DNA from: an uncultured virus (IMG/VR IMGVR_UViG_2061766007_004279)
Lineage: Duplodnaviria > Heunggongvirae > Uroviricota > Caudoviricetes
DNA length: 44,464 nucleotides
IMG/VR virus record: IMGVR_UViG_2061766007_004279
Reading direction: 5' to 3' (one strand)
Under the pieces are notes generated by a model. The model was given only the letters and a program-made list of their open reading frames with translations, was not told the origin of the DNA and did no database searches. Shown piece by piece: positions 11,187-22,000 of this stretch. A program made the translations under genes and the position numbers. Position 1 is the first letter of the stretch. Every line of letters begins with the position of its first letter.

Positions 11187-13076
11187 ATGAGAAGAACGAA
11201 ACGAAAGAACACCGAGCCGGTGGTGACGGGGTACGACTACTCTGACCGGGAGGCGCGGGAGGTCACGGTGCAGGAGCTGTTCCACCGGGCCAAGAACGCC
11301 CGGACGGTGCAGGAGAGCGAGTGGCAGCGGTTCAACGACTACTACAACGGGATCCACGACGTCACCCGGGAGACCATGGACTACTGCCGGGAAAACGACC
11401 TGCCCTGGGTGCCGGCAAACATGCCGGACCCCTGGATCATGGTGGAAAGCCAGATCGATCCCAACGTGCCGGAGCCGGAGTTCCACGGCCGGGACTCCGA
11501 CATGGACAGCGCCAAGGCCAGGCAGCGGGAGTTCGCGGTGAAGTACATCATCGAGAACAACCGCCTGGCGGACATGAACACCCGGAACGAGCGGCGGCTG
11601 CTGAAGCTGGGGGACGCCTTCTGGAAGGCCTACTGGGATCCCGCCATGCGCTGCGGCGTGAACGAGGGGGACATCCGGGTGAAGGATATCCCCGTGGACG
11701 CGATCTTCCCGGATCCCTCCGTCCGGGACGGCACCATCCAGGACGGACAGTATCTGGATTTCGTGTACCGGCTGCATAAGGTGCGCTTCTGCCAGATGTT
11801 CCGGAAGGAGCTGGACGAGCTGGGGATCACCCAGGAGGACATCCTCTCCCAGGACTACGTGGAGCGGACCGGGATCTTCGACATGACCACCGCCATCGAC
11901 GACCTGGACGATACGGTGCAGGTGCTGGAGCACTGGTTCCGGCAGCCGGAGGAGACCAAGGGGAAGAACGGCGAGACCGTCCCGGCCGGGGCGGTGGGCT
12001 GCTCCATCCAGGCGGGCGGGCGTGAGCTGCGGTACATACCCAACTACTGGGAGCGGACCTGCAAGCAGAACCAGCTCTTCCCCTTCGTACATTACTGGCG
12101 GATCCAGGACGAGAACCAGATCTGGAACAAGAGCGAGCTGTTCCCCATCCTGGATCTGGTGGACGCGGCGGACCGGAAGCTCAGCATGGGGATCCTCAAC
12201 GACGCCTTCATGGCCAACGACATCCTGCTGGTGGAGGAAAACGCCCTGGCCGACGGCACCGAGCTCACCAACGAGCCGGGGGCCGTGGTGAAGCTGAAGG
12301 CCAACGCCATGGGGAAGGTCCAGCGGCTGGGCGGGCTCCAGAGTCTGGCCAACGCCAGCGTGGGGATCGAGTGGTTCAAGGGCCAGATCGAGCGGGCCAA
12401 CCGGCAGTACGACACCAGCATGGGCAAGGAGGCGGCCCGGGTGACCACCGCCACGGGCATGGCCATGCTGCGCTCCGACGCCCAGGGACAGGCGGACATC
12501 AAGCGGGCGGACCGGAACAGCGGGTTCGAGCGGCTGTACGAGCTGCTGGACTGGCTGGCCCTGGAGTTTTTCGACGACGATCGGATGCTGTTCCTGGGGG
12601 CGGACAAGGAGAAGGACCGGGAGGCCGAGCGGATGCGCTTCAACAGCGACGACCTCTCGGAGATCATGCCGGAGATCCGGGACCTGAACGGGGACGTGGT
12701 GCGGGAGAGCTGGACCTACTGGCCCCGGGTGGACGTGACGATCACGGCCGGGGACGGGGTGATCCGGAGCAAGCAGGCCACCCTGCAGGCGCTGCAGACC
12801 CTCACCCAGGCCCAGATCACGGCAGATAACTGGAAGCTGTTCGCCGCCCAGCTGGATATCCTGGACATCCCCGGGAAGCAGGATATCGTGAGAGAGTGGG
12901 AGAGCAAATTCGCCGCGCCGCAGATGCCGGGGATGGATGCCATGGGAGCCATGGGAACGGCCACCTCATCCGCCCCTGTCGGGGCACCTTCCCCTCGAGG
13001 GGAAGGCATGAGCGGGGGCGGGAATATGCCCGGGGCGGTGAGCCTGCCGCTGATGGGAGGGGAGCCCATTGTCTAA
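11187..13076 (+). CDS. Portal protein (P22-like), copy B, intact
   Basis: 629-aa ORF with GGGAGG RBS. Portal-like motifs (WQRFNDYYNG, GDAFWKAYWD, FPFV, EPGAVV, ATGMAMLRSDA). The C-terminus includes a family-1 repeat. Confidence 0.85.
   Translation: MRRTKRKNTEPVVTGYDYSDREAREVTVQELFHRAKNARTVQESEWQRFNDYYNGIHDVTRETMDYCRENDLPWVPANMPDPWIMVESQIDPNVPEPEFHGRDSDMDSAKARQREFAVKYIIENNRLADMNTRNERRLLKLGDAFWKAYWDPAMRCGVNEGDIRVKDIPVDAIFPDPSVRDGTIQDGQYLDFVYRLHKVRFCQMFRKELDELGITQEDILSQDYVERTGIFDMTTAIDDLDDTVQVLEHWFRQPEETKGKNGETVPAGAVGCSIQAGGRELRYIPNYWERTCKQNQLFPFVHYWRIQDENQIWNKSELFPILDLVDAADRKLSMGILNDAFMANDILLVEENALADGTELTNEPGAVVKLKANAMGKVQRLGGLQSLANASVGIEWFKGQIERANRQYDTSMGKEAARVTTATGMAMLRSDAQGQADIKRADRNSGFERLYELLDWLALEFFDDDRMLFLGADKEKDREAERMRFNSDDLSEIMPEIRDLNGDVVRESWTYWPRVDVTITAGDGVIRSKQATLQALQTLTQAQITADNWKLFAAQLDILDIPGKQDIVREWESKFAAPQMPGMDAMGAMGTATSSAPVGAPSPRGEGMSGGGNMPGAVSLPLMGGEPIV
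12962..13007 (+). repeat. Family-1 repeat, in frame in portal B
   Basis: Encodes TSSAPVGAPSPRGEG. Confidence 0.9.
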
Positions 13077-14953
13077 GAAATCGGGCGTGAGCATCCGGAG
13101 CACCATCTACGCCACGTTCCGGGGGGCGGACTTTTCCACGGATCCCTCCCTGGTGGAGAAATACCGGTCCCCGCTGTGCACCAACATCGTGGCGGACGCC
13201 GGGGGCATGCCCCAGAAGCGGGACGGCTGGCGGGTGCTGCATACCCTCACCGGGAAGGTGAACGGCCTCCACGCCGGGGTGTTCAGCGGCAACGCTAAGA
13301 AGCTGGCCCACGTGGACACCAAGCTGTACGTCTGGGACGACGAGAGCGCGCCCACACAGCTGCTCACCGGCCTGCCGGACAAGAAGAGCCGGAGCGTGTA
13401 CCTGAACGGGAAGCTGTGGATCGTCACCGGCGGCGGGTTCTACGTGTACGACGGGAGCACGGCCAGCAAGGTCTCAGCGGCCTCCGATGTGTACATCCCC
13501 ACCACCACCATCACCCGCATGCCCACCGGCGGCGGCGTCTCCTACGAGGACGTGAACATGCTCACGCCCTACCGGAAGAACGCCTTCCAGACCGACGGCA
13601 CCTCCAAGACCTTCACCCTGGACGGGGATATCGACGACACCGGGACGGTGACCTGCTGGGTATGGGGCGTGGAGACCGTGCCGGACAGCATCGACCGACA
13701 GAACGGGACCGTGACCTTCACCACTGCGCCGGCGGCGCCGGACGCGGGGCAGGAGGACGGGCTGGTGGTGCAGTTCCCCCATACGGTGACGGGCTACACC
13801 GACCGGATCGACAAGTGCTCCGTGATCACCACCTACGGATTCGGTACCAACGACCGGGTGGTGCTCTCCGGCAATCCGGATCTTCCCAATCAGGACTGGA
13901 TCAGCGGACTGAACGACCCCACGTATATCCCGGACCTGAGCTATACCGCCGTGGGCAGCGAGAGCACCGCCATCCAGGGCTACTGCCGGCTGGGGAGCTA
14001 CCAGGGGATCGTGAAGAGTGACGACGGGAAGGACAGCACCATCTTCCTCCGGCGGGCGGAGATGGACGACGGGGAGGCGGTGTTCCCCCTGCAGCAGGCC
14101 ATCGCCGGCGTGGGGGCCGTGAGCCCCGGGAGCTTTGCCTCCCTGCTGGACGACCCGCTGTTCCTCTCCCGGAACGGGGTGTACGCCATCGCGTCGAACA
14201 GCATCACCAGCGAGAAGATCTGCCAGGGGCGGAGCTTCTATGTGAACGCCCAGCTGACCAAAGAGACGGGGCTCAGCGACGCGGAGGCGGTGATCTGGAA
14301 CGGGATGTACCTCCTGGCCCTGCCCAACGGCCACGTGTACGCCATGGACGGCCGGCAGAGCAAGAGCTACAAGAGTGCCAGCCTGGGGGACTTCGTGTAC
14401 GAGTGCTACTACTGGGAGAACGTGCCCGCCCGGGTGTGGATGTGCTGGAAGAGCGGCACCGAGGAGAGCCTGTACTTCGGCACCGAGGACGGGAGGATCT
14501 GCAAGGTGAACTCCGATATCGCCGCCATGTACCGGTACAGCGACGGGGGCACCCGGGTGACGGGGACCCAGGAGATCACCGGCGGGGCGGCAATCGACGC
14601 GGTGTGGAGCACCAAGTACGACGACGACGGCACACCGGCGATCCTGAAGACCATGCTGAAGCGGGGCTGCTGCGTGACCATCAAGCCCTACGCCCGGAGC
14701 AGCGGGACGGTGTACTTCCGGAGCGACCGGACCGCCGGGACGGAGCGGCAGGGGGNNNNNNNNNNNNNNNNNNNNNNNNNNNNNNNNNNNNNNNNNNNNN
14801 NNNNNNNNNNNNNNNNNNNNNNNNNNNNNNNNNNNNNNNNNNNNNNNNNNNNNNNNNNNNNNNNNNATCGCCCGGAACAGCGAGGTGAACGAGGGGTTCG
14901 GGATCTTCCAGATCACCAAGCACTATGTGACGGGGAACTATGCCAAGAGATGA
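13069..14953 (+). CDS. Packaged-DNA stabilization/nozzle-like protein, copy B
   Basis: TTG start overlapping the portal stop. Homolog of 2736-4452. After the gap the true frame ends KHYVTGNYAKR* at 14953. Confidence 0.7.
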
Positions 14954-14998
14954 CACCTCATCCGGCGCTGCGCGCCACCTTCCCCTCAAGGGGAAGGC
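14953..14998 (+). repeat. Family-1 repeat immediately after a stop codon
   Basis: ACACCTCATCC-ggcgc-tgc-gcgcc-ACCTTCCCCTCAAGGGGAAGGC. Confidence 0.9.
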
Positions 14999-15022
14999 TT
15001 TAACAAGGAAGGAGAGAGCGAA

Positions 15023-15124
15023 ATGAAATGTCCGGTATGCGGGATCGAGATGAAAAAAGAAACGGCCACCGAGTGGGTCTGCCGCAATCCGAAATGCGTG
15101 AGATATAAGGGAGGGAAAAAGTGA
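15023..15124 (+). CDS. Small zinc-ribbon protein (33 aa), copy B
   Basis: MKCPVCGIEMKKETATEWVCRNPKC, with an RBS. Confidence 0.7.
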   Translation: MKCPVCGIEMKKETATEWVCRNPKCVRYKGGKK

Positions 15125-16043
15125 TGGCCACGACCGAGGAACTGAACAATCAGCAGCAGCAGACCGCCACGTACATCGACGANNNNNNNNNNNNNNNNNN
15201 NNNNNNNNGGTATACACTCAGGCGGCGGAGAACGCGGGCCTGGGGGCCTCTCAGCCTGCCCAGGGGAGCCACTGGGACAGCATGCAGAACTACTACCAGC
15301 AGATGTACGACGAGCAGACGGCGGCCNNNNNNNNNNNNNNNAACATCGAGGCGCTGAACAAGGGCTACCAGGGGACCAACCGGCAACTCTACCGGGACTA
15401 CATGCAGCACCAGAGGACGCTGCCTCAGGAGATGGCGGCCAGAGGATATTCCGGCGGACTTTCCGAGAGCGCCCAGCTGCGGCTGCGGAACTCCTACGAG
15501 GAGGGGCTGAACGAGAACGAGCGGGCCCGGCTGGCTCAGGAGAACAGCGCCAACGCCAAACTTGCCCAGCAGCTCTACGAGGCGCAGGCCACGGCAACCG
15601 CCGCCAACCAGCAGGCCAACAAGCAGCGGCTGGGATATCTCACGCAGCTGCAGGAGCAGATGTACCAGGACCAGCAGCAGCGGGCCGCCACCCTGGCCAG
15701 CGCCGGGGACTTCTCCGGGTATCGTGATCTGGGATACTCCGACGACCAGGTCAGCTATCTGGAAAGCATCTGGGCGCGGCAGAACCCGGCTCTGGCGTAC
15801 TCCATGGGGAAGATCAGCGCCGGGGACTACTACAAGCTGACAGGGGCGTATCCGCCGGGGTATTCCACGGGGAGCTCCGGAGGCGGCAGCGGAGGCGGGG
15901 GAGGACCGAAGACGAAGCCAAAAGAAAAGACCGAACCGACGGGTACCACCTGGGAGGACACCAACGCCATCATCAACGGCGTTCCCGGGTACATGAGCGA
16001 CGGAACAAGGTACAAAGACCTGATGCTTGGCCTGCTGAAATAA
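15124..16043 (+). CDS. Putative DNA-ejection/internal virion protein (gapped)
   Basis: Q/A-rich coiled coil with MAARGYSGGLSES and ASAGDFSGYRDLGYS, and a G/S-rich tail. Follows the nozzle gene. Confidence 0.55.
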
Positions 16044-16061
16044 AGGGAACAGGGTGAAGAC

Positions 16062-19000
16062 ATGGGTATCTACGCAAAAACGGCTGACAAGCTGAAAAAG
16101 AAACTGACCGAAGAAATGAGCACTTCCAGCACCGGGCGAGGGGCTGGAAGTGCTGCGGCATCCGGACGGCAGGACACCAGGAGCAGCTTTCTGGCAAGGC
16201 TGCAGAACGAGACAAAGGATTTGTACAGCCAGCAGAGCGGGCCGTCGAGGACGCCGGCCCCTACAGCGCCGAATCTGTATGCGGCGGCGGCGCAGAGGAT
16301 GACGCCGGGGCTGACCGGAGCGCAGCGGCAGGCGATGGTGGAGCAGGGGAACCTGTACAGTCAGGCGGCGCAGCAGCAGGCGGCGAGGCCGACAGGGAAC
16401 ACGTGGGAAGACGCGAACGCGCTGGCGCGGGAGACGCAGCAGCAGAGCCGGCCCAGCTATTTCCAGCTGCTGGAGCGGAACATCAATGCGGCTGCGGCGG
16501 ATCCGTACGGCGGCGTGACACCCCAGATGGTCGCGGAGCTGCGGCAGGCGGNNNNNNNNNNNNNNNNNNNNNNNNNNCTTCCAGCAGCTGGAGCGGGAGA
16601 TCGCCGCACAGGGGAATCCCTATTCCCAGGCCGCCCAGGCCGCGCGGACGCCCACGCCGGGACTGACCGGAGCGCAGCGGCAGATGATCGCGGAGCGTGG
16701 CGAGGCCCTGTCGGAGGACGCGGATCTCCGGGAGGTGAAGGCACGGCTCCCGGGGCTGCAGTATACCTACGAGGCCGCAAAGAACAACTATCAGCAGCTC
16801 ATGGACCGGAATATCCGGCTGGCCAACGAGACCGGGGAAGTGCCTCCGGAGCAGGTGGCGGAGCTGTACCGGGCCGAGCAGGCCATGAAGCAGGCGCAGC
16901 AGCGGTACAACGACGCGCTGGCCCGGAACGAGGAGATGTCCTATTCCGAGAAGATGGGCGGGATCAAGACGGATCTCTCCGGGATCGCGCAGCTGCTGGA
17001 CGACAGAGCGCGGTTCGAGGCGGAGGCCGGGATGCAGAGAGCGTCCGGCATGAACGACCTGGCGGCGGACTTTGACCGGCAGAAGGAGGAGGCGGACGCC
17101 AGGATCGAGGCGGTGCGGGAGCAGCTGCGCCAGGAGGGATATTCCGACAAGGAGATCCAGGCGCTGTTCGAGTACCAGGTGAAACTTAAGAACGCCGCCG
17201 AGATGCAGGAGAGGACCGAGCGGTACCGGACCGAGGCCGCCGGGAACAGCGACTTTGAGAACTGGCTGCTGAACACATCCACGGGACTGGCCGGAGGCAT
17301 CGGATNNNNNNNNNNNNNNNNNNNNNNNNNNNNNNNNNNNNNAGATCATCGGCGCCGACCCAATCACCGGGCAGACAAGGGTGCTGGACTACAACACCGG
17401 TGCGCAGGCCCCCCATGCCATCAGCGAGGCCGTGATGCAGGGCGAGATGGACAAGCTGCTGAAGAAGTACGGCGTGGAGGATGAAAACGGCGAGATCACC
17501 GGCATGAGCCGGGAGGGGAGGATCCGGGCCGGGGCGTATCAGCTGAGCGTCAGCATGGGCCAAAGCGCGGCTGTGGCCGGGCTGACGGCCCTGGGAGCGC
17601 CCTGCGCCATGCTGCTGCTGAGCGGCAACGCGGCCACCCAGACGGTCCACCAGATGCACGAGGCGGGATATTCTGACGGCGACGCCCTGCTGATGGGCGC
17701 CATCTCCGGCGCGGCGGAGTACGTGACCGAGAAGATCGGCATGGACAAGCTGTTCCAGACCCGGGACATCTCCACGGCAAAGAACGTGGTGAAGACACTG
17801 CTGGGGAACATCGTCAACCAGTCCATGGCCGAGGGCGGGGAGGAAGTGCTCTCCACCGTCATCAACACGCTGGCGGATCTGCTGGTGAACAAGGACAAGA
17901 GCGAGCTGGCGCTGCGGTACCAGGAGCTGCTGGCCCAGGGCATGACCCCGGAGGAGGCCGAGCTGGCCGCCGCCCGGGAATGGATGCAGGGCGCGTGGCA
18001 GGACTTTTACATGGGCGCTATTTCCGGCGGACTGTTCGGCATGGGCGGGACCGCTTTCGTGAGCGGCAGGAACGCCATCACAGANNNNNNNNNNNNNNNN
18101 NNNNNNNNNNGAACGGTGCAGGATGTGCTTGACGCGGCCAAAAAGCTGGACGGGAAGATCTCCGACGCCGCGGCCATGCCCGAAATAAGCGACACACCCA
18201 GCGACCGGGAGCTGGGCGCCGCGCAGCGCGGGCTGGAGCGGGCGCAGGTGATGGAGAACATGCGCTCCGAGCTGGAATCCCGGGGCGAGGAAAACGTCTC
18301 TCCCGAGCTTCTGAGCGCCCTGTACAACAGTTCTCTGGAGCAGGAGCAGCGGCTCACCCGGGAGGAGCAGAAAGCCCTGCGGGGCAGCAAGACCGCCATG
18401 GAGCTGGCCGCGGAGTGGAGCGAACAGTGGGGCGACAACAGCGTGCCGGCGCCATTCGAGGGCATGGAGGACATCCTGCGGCGGCAGATGGAGCAAAAAG
18501 AAAACGCGCCCCAGGAGGGCGCGGAGACGCAGGAAAGAAGAACAGCTGCACAGGCCGCTTTTGACGCTGCTACTCCCGTTCAAAAGCACGTTGACAGCAT
18601 CGTGGGGCAGATCGCAGAACGCCTTGGTCTGTCGTATGAACCGGGAGTGCAGAAGTCTATCTCCAGCATTTTGAGCCGGATGCAGCGAAACGCCGACAGA
18701 GGGCGTGATAGCTCGCCGTATTCTCTGAAGGATCTGGCAAGAACCCATATCGAGATGCAGTCGTGGGATCAAATACCGGAAGTGTTGGCCTTGCTGGATG
18801 AAATGAAAATCCCCTATACCGTCGATGCAAAAAACATGGACGGATATAAGGGACTACATGTCACTTGGCAAGAAAACGGGGTCGGCATTGAATTGCAGCT
18901 CTCCACTCCGGAAGCATGGGCTGTCAAAATGCAGACAGAAGAAATCTATGCGAAATGGAGAGAAGAAACTGCAAAGCCCGGGTTTGTGGTAACAGAGGAA

Positions 19001-22000
19001 TACCTCAATGACATCCAGAGATGCCATGATCTATGGGATCAGTTGGATATGCCGGATTTTTCGATCTTTGATACTTCTTCCGGAGAAAGCCGTTTGGAAC
19101 CATCTTCCATAAGCGAAGCAAGGTTCACAGAGGAACGCAAAGGCCCCCAGGTTCCGCCGGAAAGCTCAAGCAGCTCTTTGCCGGACTCTACGGAAAAAAC
19201 CCTGCCTTCAGATGAACGGACAAACATAGATACTCCCCCTTCCGATAAAAGTATATCACAATCGGAGACAGGAGTCAACGAGAAGACCACAGAAAAGAGC
19301 GTACGCGAATCTGCTGCGGTAATAGTAGGCAGCGGGCCTTCTGTTACAGAAAGAAAAGGAAACAGCTTGGCCAAGATTCTGGCAGACAAAATCAGCGCCA
19401 TTCAGCATATGGATCCGGTAACATCATTGTCTGGGCATGAATTGAATGACAGAAGCAAAAAGCCGATGCAGCAGATCATGGAGTTCTTTGCTAAGATTGG
19501 AAACCGCGTCACGAGGGACAACTTTGGAGAGGTGATTCTGGGGCAGTACGGAGCCGATGCAGTTATTAACCACAAACCGCTAAACAGGGCCAAGATGGTA
19601 ACGCTGGAAGCCGTACCGAATGTCATCCGCCACGGGGAAATGATCGGGTATGATCCAGACTGGAAAGGAAGGGGATATGCTTCCTTCATATTTGCTGCAC
19701 CAGTGAAGATTGCCGGAGAAACTGTGTATGTTGCAGCGGTGGTTAATCAGGTGAATGGAAACCAGTTTTATCTGAATGAATGCGTTGACTCGAATGGGAA
19801 CTATGTGAGAATAACAGAAGACCCATCCGGCAACGCAAAAACCGGACTTACCGTTCAAGACGGAATTACCGGAGGGCCGAATGGATCTTCCAGTAATAGT
19901 ATAACCGATGCCGCCGAAAAAAGCAACCCCCAAAATGAAGGCCGGGCCAGCGCGGAGGTGGACACCGGCCGGGCGGAGGACCGCCGTTCTCTGGAGCAGG
20001 AGTACAAGGAGCGGACGGAGGCGTATCTGGCGGCCAGCAACCGGAACGACACGGAGTATGACTACGCCGGTGAGATGGCCCGGATCCAGGAGCTGGAGAA
20101 GAAGCTGGGGGAGATGAACACCTCATCCGCCGAACAGAGTTCGGCACCTTCCCCTCAAGGGGAAGGCGAGGCCCAAGGGGAAGGCAAGGCCATGGCGGAG
20201 CTCATGGAAGTGGGCGAGGCCACGGTGGAGAACGACAGCGGGAAATACACCCTGCAGGTGCGCCGGAAGGGCGAGGGGTACCAGGCACGGATCTCCCGTG
20301 ACGGGAGGCTGGACCGGGTACAGACCTTTGAAACGCCACAGGAGGCGGCGGAATACGCTCTCTCCTACGTGGACGGACAGACCCAGGCCCGGACGGACGC
20401 AGAGTTGGACAACGAGCGCAGTGAGCAGCGGGAGAGGCCCGGACCCCACTGGCCCACCGGGAGAGAGTTCAGCGAGGAGATCATCCGCCAGAAGGAGAAC
20501 AAGGCGGCGGAGGCCGCCACCCAGACGCTGCGGGAGCGGATCCGGCGGGCCGACGAGGAACTGCGCGCCCTTCGAAGACTGGACAAGACCACCGGACTGA
20601 CGGACCAGCAGAGAGCCCACATGAACGACGTCCAGGAGACGCTGGACATCATGAACGACGAGCTGACCAAGCGGAAGGGCCGGAGAAAGGCGAAGAAAGA
20701 AGCGGCCGGGAAGGTCACGGAGAACAAGCCCACACGGAGCGCCGCCGAAGCGAAGAACGCCCTCATGGATCTGTTCCACACCGCCGCCGGCGAGCGTGCG
20801 GACGTGGGGCGGCAGATCGAGGCGAAGCTGGCCGAGATTGCCCGGACCGGGAAGATCACCGAGGAGAGCCGTCAGCAGCTGTATGACCTGCTGATCGAAG
20901 CGGGCGCCGTGCCCAAGCAGGCGGAGGACACCTTCCGGGAGATCCGGAACTGGCTCCGGGGACAGCGGATCTACGTGAACGAGCAGGAGCGCGCCGACCT
21001 GGGCGACGATTTTGAAGCTCTGCGCCGGCGGGCCTGGGGCGCCGGGATCTACCTGACCAACGACATCCGGGACGGCCGGATCGACGGCGTGAACGGCGAG
21101 CTGGCGGAGACCTTCGGGGAGAACATGTTCCCCACAGACGAGGCGCTGAGCGACATGCTCAACAACATGATCGACCTGGCGGACCGGGGAAAGACCACAC
21201 AGCAGACACTGCATGAGGCCATCCGGGGCGAGGCGAAGGAGACCGGTGTGAGCGCCAACGAGATCTACGCCGACATGTTCAGCCGGATGGACGAGACGCT
21301 ACGGACCTTTGCCGAGAAGGCGGGGCTGGAGGTGGACCTGAAAGACCGGACCGCCACCCAGCTGGCCGNNNNNNNNNNNNNNNNNNNNNNNNNNNNNNCG
21401 GGAGAGCGAGATCCGGGGCAAGGTGCTCCGGGGGCTGCAGCGGCTATCCAAGCTCCGGGGCAAGGCAGGGCCGGAGATCCGGACGCAGGTGGACGAGGTC
21501 CTGCAGGACATCGACACCCAGGCAAGGCAGATCACCCCGGCGGGACTGGAAAACCTGCAGGCGCTCCAGAGGGCCTACGAGGAAGCCAGGGAGAAGGCCG
21601 GATACGTGGACGGGGAGAACATGGGGAACTGGATCCCCAACCCATACGTGGAGGAGCGGCTGGCTGCGCTGGGCAAGAAGCACCTGAACGACATGTCCCT
21701 GGAGGACGTGATCGAGCTGGGGCGGACGGTCTCCGCGCTGGAGAACACCATCCGGACCCAGAACCAGATGATCGGGGAGGAGTTCGACGCCACCATCGAG
21801 AGCTACGCCAACGGCGTGCGCGGAGAGGTGGAGAACGCCAAGGGCGCGAAGGCGGGCTTCCTTCACAAGTGGCTGAAGGAGGAGCACCTGAGCCCCAGGC
21901 GGTTCCTGGACATGCTGGGCGGCTGGACGGACGGCTCCATGAAAAAGCTCTCCCAGAGCCTGGAGAGCGGTCAGACGCGGATGCTGGACTTCCAGCGCCG

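Noticed and set aside
615..14953. A phage with two portal and two nozzle genes
   Set aside because: Better explained by co-assembly of related genomes: the circle closes at 5635-5682 and excludes copy A.
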